Both the position numbers and the translations under genes were made by a program. Positions 10,128-18,690 of a DNA stretch of 32,000 nucleotides are shown here, in pieces (the first letter of the stretch is position 1; each line of letters starts with the position of its first letter). The notes below the pieces were generated by a model. The model did not search any database, was not told where the DNA came from, and saw nothing but the letters and a program-made list of their open reading frames with translations. Source of the DNA: Haloferax volcanii DS2 (GTDB taxonomy: Archaea > Halobacteriota > Halobacteria > Halobacteriales > Haloferacaceae); contig NC_013967.1 of NCBI RefSeq assembly GCF_000025685.1, positions 2,640,001 through 2,672,000 on the forward strand. Reading direction: 5' to 3'.

Positions 10128-10410
10128 ATCCTGGTTCGAACCAGTCGTGGAACGATGCGTAGGAGAGTTCGTCACAGTCAGCCATCTCGACGTAGCGTTC
10201 GAGAAATGCTTGGAGAGAGCGGTCTGAGCCAGCAGCGAAGCCAAACGAGAGTGTGTAGAACAGCGCAACGATGTCGAATTTCCGCTCTCGTTGGACGAGA
10301 TTCGTTGCGCGAGCGCGCTCGCGCAACTCATCGGAGGGAAACGCTCTTTGAATCCGGTCAACAACTACCGAGTCCGGTGGTGAGTACACATCATCCACCG
10401 GGTTCTTCAA
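10128..10410 (-). pseudogene. 5' fragment of an IS4-family transposase gene, truncated by insertion of IS copy A
   Basis: The N-terminal ~94 aa (..DRIQRAFPSDELRERARATNLVQRERKFDIVALFYTLSFGFAAGSDRSLQAFLERY..YASFHDWFEP) parallel the N-terminus of the intact IS4 transposase at 24702..26000 (ELIEDIARERDVVQRDRKIDITMLVWTLIMGFAVDG..SSFYDRFTP). The reading frame runs straight into the IS copy A terminus at 10127. Confidence 0.75.
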
Positions 10411-10634
10411 CCGGGTAGTTGCGACGATATCTAATCAACAAACAGCGACCGCATTCTCTGCTAAACTAGAACGCATGGGTCGTGAACAGAGCGATGATAG
10501 CCAATGTTTCAGGCCAAGCCGATTCACTCGACTCGACGAACCCGACGCCGTCTTGCGATTAGCCTTTTTGTCCCGCCAAGTAGATTCGCCGGGTTTGCCC
10601 GGAACCGCAGGTACGGCCGCCGGAGGCGGCGTTC

Positions 10635-11738
10635 ATGAGCGATCTGGACGAACTCCCGGTCGTCACCGACGCCTCGAAGGAGTACTTGAACCCCCGCCAG
10701 TTGCTCGACTACCGAGCCGAACGAGAGGCGTGTCTCGACTGGCTGCTCACCTTCGGGAAGAAACCGGACGAGGCGAAGGGCTACGCGCTCGGGACCATCA
10801 AGACGGGTGCCTACCGGATGGACCGGTTCTACCGGTTCGTCTGGGAGGACGAGGGCGGGTACACCGCGAACGTCACCCACGAGCACGCCGACGCTTGGAT
10901 GAAACACCTCGCACGCGGGAACTCGGGCGCGGCACACAAACGCAACTGCCAGAAGTCGATCAAGCGCCTGTTCAAGTGGCGGCAGCACGAGCACGGTCTC
11001 GGGGAGTGGACACCGGACATTACGTTCGCCGCGGACTCCAGCACGAACCCCCGTGACTACTTAACGCGCGAGGAACGCGCGAGTGTGCGCGAAGCCGCGC
11101 TCGAATACGGATCCGTCCCGAACTACGATGGTCTCGCTCCGGCCGAGCGAGACCGGTGGAAGCAGTACCTCGCCCAGCGGTTCGAGAAACCGAAGTCCGA
11201 GGTCACGCCGGACGACTGGGACCGAGCGAACGGGTGGAAGGTCCCGTCGCTCGTCTGGACGAGCCTCGACGCCGGGCTCCGACCCATCGAGGTAGAACGC
11301 TCCACGGTCGGTTGGGTCGATACGGACAACGCGGTCCTCCGGATTCCGAAGGAGGAGAGCTCGAAGAACCGAGATCACTGGGTCGTCGGCCTCACGTCCA
11401 GGACCGCGCAGGCGCTCGACAACTGGCTCGAAGAGCGCGAGACGTACCCCGAGTACGACGACACGGACGCGATCTGGCTGACGCGGAAGTCGAACCCGTA
11501 CGGCACGGCCACGCTTGCATACCTGCTGCGGCAGCTGTGTGACATCGCCGGAATCGACACGACGCACCGGAAGATGTCGTGGTACGCGATCAGACACTCC
11601 GTCGGGACGTACATGACCCGGGAGGAGGACCTCGCGGCGACGCAGGCACAGCTCCGCCACAAGAGCCCCGAGACGACGATGAAGTACGATCAGGTGCCGG
11701 TCGAGGATCGTCAGGACGCCTTAGATCGGATGGGGTAG
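10635..11738 (+). CDS. tyrosine recombinase / phage-type integrase (int2), paralog of int1
   Basis: 367 aa, colinear with int1 (roughly half of residues identical by eye). Same catalytic pattern: AGLRPIEV, WYAIRHSVGT, LRHKSPETTMKY. GC content is host-like. Confidence 0.85.
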   Translation: MSDLDELPVVTDASKEYLNPRQLLDYRAEREACLDWLLTFGKKPDEAKGYALGTIKTGAYRMDRFYRFVWEDEGGYTANVTHEHADAWMKHLARGNSGAAHKRNCQKSIKRLFKWRQHEHGLGEWTPDITFAADSSTNPRDYLTREERASVREAALEYGSVPNYDGLAPAERDRWKQYLAQRFEKPKSEVTPDDWDRANGWKVPSLVWTSLDAGLRPIEVERSTVGWVDTDNAVLRIPKEESSKNRDHWVVGLTSRTAQALDNWLEERETYPEYDDTDAIWLTRKSNPYGTATLAYLLRQLCDIAGIDTTHRKMSWYAIRHSVGTYMTREEDLAATQAQLRHKSPETTMKYDQVPVEDRQDALDRMG

Positions 11739-11878
11739 CTGTAGATGACGGCACTGGCAAAATGTCTCTGCAATAACTGAGGTGCGCTGTTATTCCAAAG
11801 CGCTCCCACCTTGGCAGCGCAGACGTGAGTCAACCGTAAGTTTCCCTCGGGACCCCCCCGAGACCCCTGCGGAAGACT

Positions 11879-13279
11879 CAGTACATCACAAAGCCTGTTA
11901 GTTGAGACGTCTGCTTGCTGAAGATGTGTCCAAGCAACCACAGCAAGCAGACGATGAAATCCACGAGGACCAGCTCCTTAACTTCCTCGTCAACTCTCTT
12001 GACGAGGAAGTTGCTCTCTCACTCGCTGAAAACGCTGAACTCGATGCTGAAGACATCTACGAGGTCCTCGTCGGCGCCTGCGCCGACGGGACCTCGGTCT
12101 CAACGCTCTGTGAGAGAAGCGAAGATGCACCCCACGAAAACTCCGTTCTCTACCATCTCCGCACTAAATTCGATCTAGAAACGCTCGAACAGGTTGGCAA
12201 CATGCTCCTCCAGAAAGACGTTCTCGACGTCCTTCCCCAGCAGGTGGAGGTCTGCGCAGACCTCCACCTGCGGCCCTACTATGGTGACGAAGACGACACG
12301 GACGGCCTGTATCACTCACAAGCGAAGCGTGGAACCACCGCGTTCCACGCGTACGCGACGCTGTACGCACGCGTGAAGAACAAACGCTACACGCTGGCGG
12401 TGCGCCGTCTCGAAGACGGCGACACCGCCAGCAGTGTCCTCGCAGAGTTCCTCGGTATTCTCGACGGCCTTGACCTCGGTGTCAAGGCCGTCTATCTTGA
12501 CCGCGAATTCTACGACAGCAAGTGTTTGACGCTGCTTCAGGCGCACAACCACGCGTACGTCATGCCGATCGTCCGCTGGGGACGGACGATCAAGCGAGAA
12601 CTCTCGGAAGGGTGGAGTCGCGTGATTCAGCACAGTCTGACGGCGAGACTCGACGGTCACAGCTGGACCGTCGAGTTTCCCGTCTACATCGACTGTACCT
12701 ACCAGAACGGACGGTACGACGAACATGGCGTGGCGCGTCACGGCTACGCCGCTGACGCGCCGTTCATCGACTCACCACGAGACGCTCGATACCACTACGC
12801 GAAACGCTTCGGTATCGAGGCAAGCTATCGACTCTCTGAACAAAGTATCGCGACGACCTCGACACAAAATCCGGTTGTACGGCTGCTGTACGTCGTGGTG
12901 AGCTTGCTGTTACAGAACGTGTGGCGGTATCTGCACTGGGAGTACGTGGCGACGCCCCGCCGAGGCGGGCGTCGCCTCTGGCAGTGGCCATTCAAGGAGT
13001 TCATCAACATGATCCGGCGGGCAGCGTGGACGGCCCTCGCGACGCGTCGGGCCGTCCCCGCGAACCGGCCACCGGACGACCGGTTCCACCGGTAACTCCC
13101 GACCGGGCTAGCCAACGGTGGGAGTGGCGACGCTGTCGCGTCGGCGGCAGCCGCCGCCGACAGCGACGGCTCTCCGCCGATCCGTCCATGATTCTCTCGT
13201 CGAAACCGCCAATGCAACCGCTCGGCCACAGAATTCAGGCTTCAGAGACAGCTAGGCGAGGATGCTTTGTGAGGTACTA
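11879..13279 (+). mobile_element. ISH3/IS4-superfamily insertion sequence, copy B
   Basis: IRs are CAGTACATCACAAAGC (11879..11894) and GCTTTGTGAGGTACTA (13264..13279), each with 1 mismatch to copy A. The body is near-identical to copy A and in the same orientation. Confidence 0.85.
11902..13095 (+). CDS. DDE transposase of IS copy B
   Basis: 397 aa. Differs from the copy A protein at only a few positions plus the extreme N-terminus (TTG track start). Confidence 0.85.
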   Translation: MRRLLAEDVSKQPQQADDEIHEDQLLNFLVNSLDEEVALSLAENAELDAEDIYEVLVGACADGTSVSTLCERSEDAPHENSVLYHLRTKFDLETLEQVGNMLLQKDVLDVLPQQVEVCADLHLRPYYGDEDDTDGLYHSQAKRGTTAFHAYATLYARVKNKRYTLAVRRLEDGDTASSVLAEFLGILDGLDLGVKAVYLDREFYDSKCLTLLQAHNHAYVMPIVRWGRTIKRELSEGWSRVIQHSLTARLDGHSWTVEFPVYIDCTYQNGRYDEHGVARHGYAADAPFIDSPRDARYHYAKRFGIEASYRLSEQSIATTSTQNPVVRLLYVVVSLLLQNVWRYLHWEYVATPRRGGRRLWQWPFKEFINMIRRAAWTALATRRAVPANRPPDDRFHR

Positions 13280-13625
13280 ATGCTGCCTTTGAGGACTGGG
13301 TTCGGCGGGAAATCAATCTGTCCGATTTCAACACTGACCTGTAATTCTGTGGGAGACAGATCTTTGACTCCATTGGCTCTGTTGGATTTTTCGACCAGAG
13401 ATAGGATTTCGCCGTCGTGAAGGATACATCTCTCTATTCACCTATGGAAATTCTGCTGGCTCAACTAACCACCGCTGGCGATAAAGTTGTTCGCACGATC
13501 TAGCTTCTCTAGTCCCTCAACGACGAGAAACCACTAGACAACGTGGTGATTGAGACCTCCACAACCGGTAGGCGGTCGGAACGAGTCTTGCTAGAGCTGT
13601 CGCTTACGCTGGCCTCATCCGGCCA

Positions 13626-13654
13626 CTGAGGAACGCCGGTCCGGCGTTCCTCAG
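13626..13654 (-). terminator. perfect 14-bp-arm hairpin 11 nt downstream of the IS110 transposase stop
   Basis: CTGAGGAACGCCGG-T-CCGGCGTTCCTCAG. The role, either a terminator or an IS subterminal structure, is inferred. Confidence 0.35.
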
Positions 13655-13664
13655 ATTCCCTTCT

Positions 13665-14663
13665 TCAGGCGCTCACCCCCGGTGGATCGTAGACTTCCTC
13701 TCGGACGAGCATGTAGTACATCGAGACGAGCAGTTTTCGTGCCGTCGCGACGATCGCTTTTTTCGAGTTCATTCGACGATTCAACCGGTGGAAGAACGTG
13801 CTTAGATACGCGTCTTTACACGTGTACACGGCTGAGTACGCACTCTGAACCAAGATCCAGCGAACTCGTCCTGAGCCGCGTTTCGAGATACCACCCTCGA
13901 TCCGCGAGTCACCGGACTCGCGGATCGTCGGGTTCAGTCCCATGTAACTCACGACCTCTTTGTGGCCGTCGAACCGATCGATCTCACCCAGTTCAGCGTA
14001 GACCAGCAACGCGGAGTAGTAACTGACACCGGGGATGGTCATCAGCAGCTGGGTCTCCTTCAGAGACCCAGCGCGCTCCTCAATCGCCGCTTCCAACTGA
14101 GTCATCTGCTCGGTTAGCGTCTCGACCACGTCGAGATACGAGTCCAAGAGACTGTCCCACGGAGACGGGAGCGAGAGTTCCCGGAGGAACTCTCGTCCCT
14201 CGACACTCAGCGGTTTTACCGTCTGAGTGATGCCGTTATCGGCGAGCAAGCCGTGGATTTTGTTGGCGAACTTGGTCCGATCTTCGACCAAGGTCTGTCG
14301 CCCGCGCACGAGTGCGCGGGCTTCCCGAATCTCGTCGGTAGGAACGTAACTCTGCGGAACAGAGTTCAGCCGGAGCAGCCGCGCGAGTTCTTTCGCGTCG
14401 ACGCGGTCGGTTTTCTTGTCTGACCGAGCGATGAGCGTCAGTTTGCCTGGATGAGCGACGGTTACGTCCAAGTACTCCGCGAGAGTATCGTAGACGTGGT
14501 AGTAATTGCTGGTCGCCTCGATTACTGCACGAGAGCCAGCGTATCGCTGAGCGAGGTCGTCGAGGTTCGCGTTTTTGACGCGAACCTCTTCGACAATCTC
14601 GCCCTCGAGGTCCATTACTGCCACCTGTGCGTATCGTTTGTGTAGGTCGATTCCGAGGTACAT
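13665..14663 (-). CDS. IS110-family (DEDD) transposase
   Basis: 332 aa. N-terminus MYLGIDLHKRYAQVAV (the RuvC-like DEDD start typical of IS110). C-terminal part LLMTIPGVSYYSALLVYAELGEIDRF..GLNPTIRESGDS..GISKRGSGRVRW. Confidence 0.9.
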   Translation of the reverse strand: MYLGIDLHKRYAQVAVMDLEGEIVEEVRVKNANLDDLAQRYAGSRAVIEATSNYYHVYDTLAEYLDVTVAHPGKLTLIARSDKKTDRVDAKELARLLRLNSVPQSYVPTDEIREARALVRGRQTLVEDRTKFANKIHGLLADNGITQTVKPLSVEGREFLRELSLPSPWDSLLDSYLDVVETLTEQMTQLEAAIEERAGSLKETQLLMTIPGVSYYSALLVYAELGEIDRFDGHKEVVSYMGLNPTIRESGDSRIEGGISKRGSGRVRWILVQSAYSAVYTCKDAYLSTFFHRLNRRMNSKKAIVATARKLLVSMYYMLVREEVYDPPGVSA

Positions 14664-15012
14664 GGTTCGTTCCTCCGGGATAGGACGGCGGTGCGTGAAT
14701 CAGAAATTCACCTATGCGGGCTTTCCCGGATGCCGCCAGGAGCGGCATCCGGGCTGTGACGCCCATAACTCGGCTTCTTTCGCACTCGGACCAGTCAGCA
14801 CCACGTGCTCTAGCGCACGGAATACAGCTCGGTCTCTTGCGTCCCATAATTGATTCACGCTCCGATGGGATAGCAGAATTTCCATCAAGTCAGCACACCC
14901 CTCCGATCAACCCTGAAAACATCACCAGACCACCTGACTATAGGTCTCGACTAAGCGACGACGGCCGTCCCACAAGTACGGGTCTTGAAATGACTGTTTG
15001 GCTTACCACTCA

Positions 15013-15035
15013 CTAATTATACAAATAGTTTTTAG
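15013..15035 (+). promoter_or_regulatory. AT-rich patch with TATA-like elements upstream of the HTH-HNH-helicase operon
   Basis: TAATTATACAAATAGTTTTTAGA is the only AT-rich stretch between the IS110 end and ATG 15111. It implies a leader of roughly 50-65 nt. Confidence 0.3.
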
Positions 15036-15110
15036 ACTTCATCCAGTATCCTGAGACGGCGTGAAACCGCCACCCGGTGGTGCAACACCGGGCAACAGGT
15101 GCTGCCTCAG

Positions 15111-15413
15111 ATGACAGCAAGAGACACTAATCGTGTCTTGAGTGATAACTCTGACCCTCGGTCGGTCGAGGGCGCGGAGATCGTCACCGAACACGATACA
15201 CGAAGCAGACGAATCGTCCGACACGCGCGGGAGAACGGCGGGACGACGACCCGCAGAGACCTCGTTGCGAAGACGGATCTCACCGCGAGTGAACTCGGAG
15301 AACGCCTACAAACGCTCGAAGACGGAGGGTACGTAGACCAGATCAGCGACGGGGACCACGAACTGGTCGTGCTGACGTTCCGCGGGGAACACCTCGCCGG
15401 AGGGTACCGATGA
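15111..15413 (+). CDS. small winged-helix DNA-binding protein (operon gene 1)
   Basis: About 100 aa. wHTH-like segment TTRRDLVAKTDLTASELGERLQTLEDGGYVDQI. ATG at 15111 is preferred over the GTG track start at 15099. The stop overlaps the next start (ATGA at 15410). Confidence 0.65.
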   Translation: MTARDTNRVLSDNSDPRSVEGAEIVTEHDTRSRRIVRHARENGGTTTRRDLVAKTDLTASELGERLQTLEDGGYVDQISDGDHELVVLTFRGEHLAGGYR

Positions 15414-15793
15414 GCGACGCCGAGCACGCGTACGCCATCCCCATGGACCCCGACGACGCGTTCCGGGCAATCTCGAACAGCAGGCGTCGCCAGGTGATCC
15501 TCTCGCTCGCACAGTCCGAGAGCGCGCTCACGGCGTCGGAACTCGCCGTGGAGATCGCGGCGATCGAGAACCTCGTCGATCCGTCCGAGGTAACGAGCGA
15601 GCAGCGGACCCGCGTCTACGTCTCGCTGGTCCAGTCTCACCTTGAGACGCTCGACCGGGCGGGCGTCGTCGAGTACGACGAGCGGGGGAAGCGAGTCTCG
15701 CCGACCGACGCCACGGAACCGGTCGCCGGACACGTCCGCCGGATCACGACGGCGTGTTACAGGCCGGACGCGGGGAGGGGCGATGAGTCGTAG
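15410..15793 (+). CDS. ArsR-like HTH protein of a haloarchaea-typical small regulator family (operon gene 2)
   Basis: 127 aa. FRAISNSRRRQVILSLA..LTASELAVEIAAIEN..RTRVYVSLVQSHLETLDRAGVVEYDERGKRV is the pattern of a common haloarchaeal HTH family. Confidence 0.7.
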   Translation: MSDAEHAYAIPMDPDDAFRAISNSRRRQVILSLAQSESALTASELAVEIAAIENLVDPSEVTSEQRTRVYVSLVQSHLETLDRAGVVEYDERGKRVSPTDATEPVAGHVRRITTACYRPDAGRGDES

Positions 15794-16568
15794 CGACGGG
15801 TACCGAACCTTCCCGACGAGCGTTCGGAGAGAAATCCTGAAGCGGGACGATTTCCAGTGCCAGGTCTGCGGACGCCTCGGCCCCGAGCGCGGCGGGAACA
15901 TCGACCTCGAAGCGCACCACATGCGGGAGGACCCCGAGTACGTATATCGGGACCACGCGGACAACGGCACGACGATGTGCATCCCGTGTCACCACCTGAT
16001 CACCCACCGGACGACGGCCGACGACCTCCTGTTCGCCCTCGACGACGTCGCCGCCGAGGTCAACCTCCTGTACAAGGACATCGAGATCCTCGTGTACCTG
16101 TACGAGCACGGCCCCGCGACGACGAGCGAGATCCGCGAGGCGACGAGCGGTTCCGCCCGGACGTCGATCATCGAGCGGCTCTGGACGCTGATGTCCGTAG
16201 ACAGAGACGTCGATTCCCTCGACGGGCCGCTCATCGACAAAGACCTCGACACGGACGAGTGGGGGTACCCCGACGACATCGGTCGGACCGTCCGCGGACG
16301 CGTCCCCGAGGGAGAAGAGGAGTTAGTCAACCGGTTGCGGGACGAACTGCTCCGGCGGCTCCTCGATGCAGGCGTGAACCGATCGACCCTCGCGCTGTTC
16401 TTCGGTCGTTCTCGGAGAGCCACCTTCTACATCGCCAAGCGGGCCGGAGCGATCCGGGTCCCGTTCGACGACGAGTCTCACCCGGACGCGCTGATGGACG
16501 AAGACGAGTTCGACCGGGTGGTCGATGGGATGGAACGATTGTTCAGGGGTAGCGACCGGTCGAGATGA
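15783..16568 (+). CDS. HNH endonuclease domain fused to a C-terminal winged helix (operon gene 3)
   Basis: An internal ATG of track ORF 15642..16568 gives 261 aa. HNH pattern: CQVCG..DLEAHHMRE..NGTTMCIPCHHLITH. Then LVYLYEHGPATTSEIREATSGSARTSIIERLWTL. Overlaps the upstream gene by 11 nt. Confidence 0.75.
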   Translation: MSRSDGYRTFPTSVRREILKRDDFQCQVCGRLGPERGGNIDLEAHHMREDPEYVYRDHADNGTTMCIPCHHLITHRTTADDLLFALDDVAAEVNLLYKDIEILVYLYEHGPATTSEIREATSGSARTSIIERLWTLMSVDRDVDSLDGPLIDKDLDTDEWGYPDDIGRTVRGRVPEGEEELVNRLRDELLRRLLDAGVNRSTLALFFGRSRRATFYIAKRAGAIRVPFDDESHPDALMDEDEFDRVVDGMERLFRGSDRSR

Positions 16569-17452
16569 CCGGTAATTGTTCAAGGGAGATGTGTGTAGCG
16601 ACTGAGAGAACGACGACGAGTCGGAGCCGATCGATGGAACACGTACACGCGCGACATGACGAACTGCCCGGGCAGTTGACGCTGCACGTCGGCGACGAGG
16701 AACTGCTGTTGGACCGGGCTCGCCCCCGCGTTCGACCGACCGAGTTGGTGGTCGCACCCGTCGAGTTGCACAAGCGGAACGTCCAGCGGAGACTTCGTGA
16801 GCGGAGCGCGTCGAAGGGCGCGTTCGAGTTCGAGGACCCCGTGGGAGTGAGCCGGAGCGTCCTCGACGAAACGAACGTGCCGAGCAAGGCGATAGACCGA
16901 ATCGACCGCCTCGCGCTCGTGCGCTCGCTTCTGACGGAGAGCGAGTCGCGGGAGGCAGCCGGGGTATCGTTACCTTCGGGAGTCCCCTCGCGCGACCCGC
17001 AGTCCGTCGAACAGCTTCGCACCGAGGTGGAGGCGTTAACCAACTTCCACCCGGAGCGGGTCGGGGCGTGGAGGAGCGCGGCCGGGAGCTTGTACGAACC
17101 GATCGACGCCGAGAGCGAGGGGCAACTGGACGCCGCGCTCGACGTGGAGCGCGCGCTCCGAGAGCGGACGCCCAAAGCGATTTCCGAGACGGAACTCGTC
17201 CGACGAGCGACCCGTGCGATCACGGCGACGGAGGGCTCCGCGTGGACGGACGCGTATCCGGAAATCGAGCGCCTCACGCTCGTCGGTGTGAGCAGTCTCT
17301 CCGCACCGCACGCCGACCTCGTTCACTCGCTGCTGCTGGCGACGTCGCTGGAGGTTCACGTCCACTTCCGCCGGGGAACCGGGGAGTTCCTCCGAGGTCG
17401 GACGCCGGCACTTCTCGACATCGCCGGCCCGGGGAGGGAGGTGTTCGAATGA
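16565..17452 (+). CDS. AddB/RexB-like N-terminal (domain 1A-like) protein without a Walker A motif (operon gene 4)
   Basis: 295 aa. LTLHVGDEELLLDRA occupies the position of G-x-x-G-x-GKT. ELVVAPVELHKRNVQRRL resembles the AddB 'LIVPEQ..f..E..L' segment. ERLTLVGVSSLSAPHADLVHSLL resembles 'iyiDGF..ftP.E..li..L'. ATGA overlap at 16565; ATG 16634 is an alternative start. Confidence 0.5.
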   Translation: MTGNCSREMCVATERTTTSRSRSMEHVHARHDELPGQLTLHVGDEELLLDRARPRVRPTELVVAPVELHKRNVQRRLRERSASKGAFEFEDPVGVSRSVLDETNVPSKAIDRIDRLALVRSLLTESESREAAGVSLPSGVPSRDPQSVEQLRTEVEALTNFHPERVGAWRSAAGSLYEPIDAESEGQLDAALDVERALRERTPKAISETELVRRATRAITATEGSAWTDAYPEIERLTLVGVSSLSAPHADLVHSLLLATSLEVHVHFRRGTGEFLRGRTPALLDIAGPGREVFE

Positions 17453-18690
17453 CGTCGTCGAACCGGCTCTCGCTCTCGCGTCCGCTCGCAGAGACCGAGA
17501 CGCCGGTCGTCGAAGTCGTGGCGACGACCCGCCGCGAGGAAGCGCGGAGCGCGATGGCGGTCGTCGCGGCGCTGCGCGACCGGGGCGTTCCCGTCCGCGA
17601 TATCGCGGTGGTGGTCAGAGACCTCGACGCGTACGAACCGCCGTTCTTCAGGGCGGCGGTTCAGTACGGGATGGCCCCGGTGTTCTGGACGCAGCTCTAC
17701 GTCACCAGGACCCGCCCGTACGCGCTCGTCGAATCTGTCTGCGACGCGCTCGACGCGGAGGAACTCGACTCGGACACGCTCCTCCGCCCGCTCGAACACC
17801 GATGGGCCCCGGTGGAGGCGACGACGGACGAGTGGCCCGTCGAACCGGCGGCACTCGACCGGGTGAGACGAGCCCTCCCCGGGGGCTCTCGGACGCTCGA
17901 AGAGTGGACCGAGGCGCTGGAGGCGAGCGACGCGGACCCCCGCGTTCTGACGTTCGCGGACTGGCTCGGTACCGCTCCGGACCCGAGTCCTGAAACCGTT
18001 CGGTCCGTCCTGAGCGACGTCGTCGAGGGGTACGCCGAACACGGGCTCCCCGTGACGAAGGAGGCGGACTCGCCGGCACTGCTCGACACGGAGACCGACG
18101 CCCGGGCGGTCGTTCGGGTTCGGACCCTCGTCCGGCAGCTCCGTCACAAGTTCGACGACAGGCTCGACGAGGGAGCGGTCGAACGCTCGTGGGGCGACGT
18201 GGCGGAACTCGCCAACGTGATCGCCACGCAACGCCCGGGGCGACGCGAGCACTCCAACGCCCGCGCGCTGGACGTACTGGAGGCGAACGACGTGTGGGCG
18301 CTAGACGTCCCGTTCGTCGTGGCCGTCGGTCTGACTGCCGACGACTGGCATAGAGTGACCGATTCGATGGTCCCGCCGGAGTTCCAAGAGACGGTGTTGA
18401 GGGGAGACGGCGACGTCGGGAAGCTCGCGCCGAGACCGTCGTGGGTGAACGGACGCGACCGCGACCAGTTCCTCGACACGCTCGGCGCTGCCGGCGAAGC
18501 GGTCATCGTGACGCGGCACACGCAGACCGTCGACGGGAACGAAGTCTATCCATCCCCGTTTCTCGACCGGATAGACGCCCGGAGGATCAACGAATCCGAC
18601 AGACAGCGGCTGGTGAGTGAGGAACGAGAGCTGCCACCGGAGATACGACGGTTACTGCCACCGCAAGCGGAGGTGAGCGATGGTGAGTGA
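17449..18690 (+). CDS. AddB/RexB-like C-terminal (UvrD_C/2A-like) protein lacking a nuclease domain (operon gene 5)
   Basis: An internal ATG of track ORF 17068..18690 gives 413 aa, preceded by GGAGGTG. DIAVVVRDLDAYEPPFFRAAVQYGMAPVF and ALDVLEANDVWALDVPFVVAVGLTADDW resemble conserved AddB/UvrD 2A-domain segments. No PD-(D/E)XK or Cys cluster is visible. ATGA overlap with gene 4. Confidence 0.5.
   Translation: MTSSNRLSLSRPLAETETPVVEVVATTRREEARSAMAVVAALRDRGVPVRDIAVVVRDLDAYEPPFFRAAVQYGMAPVFWTQLYVTRTRPYALVESVCDALDAEELDSDTLLRPLEHRWAPVEATTDEWPVEPAALDRVRRALPGGSRTLEEWTEALEASDADPRVLTFADWLGTAPDPSPETVRSVLSDVVEGYAEHGLPVTKEADSPALLDTETDARAVVRVRTLVRQLRHKFDDRLDEGAVERSWGDVAELANVIATQRPGRREHSNARALDVLEANDVWALDVPFVVAVGLTADDWHRVTDSMVPPEFQETVLRGDGDVGKLAPRPSWVNGRDRDQFLDTLGAAGEAVIVTRHTQTVDGNEVYPSPFLDRIDARRINESDRQRLVSEERELPPEIRRLLPPQAEVSDGE

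Larger units (their letters stand above)
13444..14885 (-). mobile_element. IS110-family insertion sequence (about 1442 bp)
   Basis: The 14-bp sequence ATGGAAATTCTGCT occurs at 13444..13457 and as its inverse at 14872..14885, bracketing the single IS110-type transposase gene. Confidence 0.7.

Noticed and set aside
10560-10634. tRNA-like or att core in the GC-rich block upstream of int2 (and its twin at 30497..30570)
   Set aside because: No 7-nt T-loop with a 5-bp stem, no acceptor pairing and no anticodon arm could be folded on either strand. Interpreted instead as a conserved integrase leader.
8725-13284. Target-site duplications for the two ISH copies, the IS110 and the IS4 element
   Set aside because: Flanking pentamers do not match exactly (ATTCT/ATCCT and AGACT/ATGCT). 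No convincing duplication was seen at 24679/26093 or 13444/14885, so no TSD is claimed.
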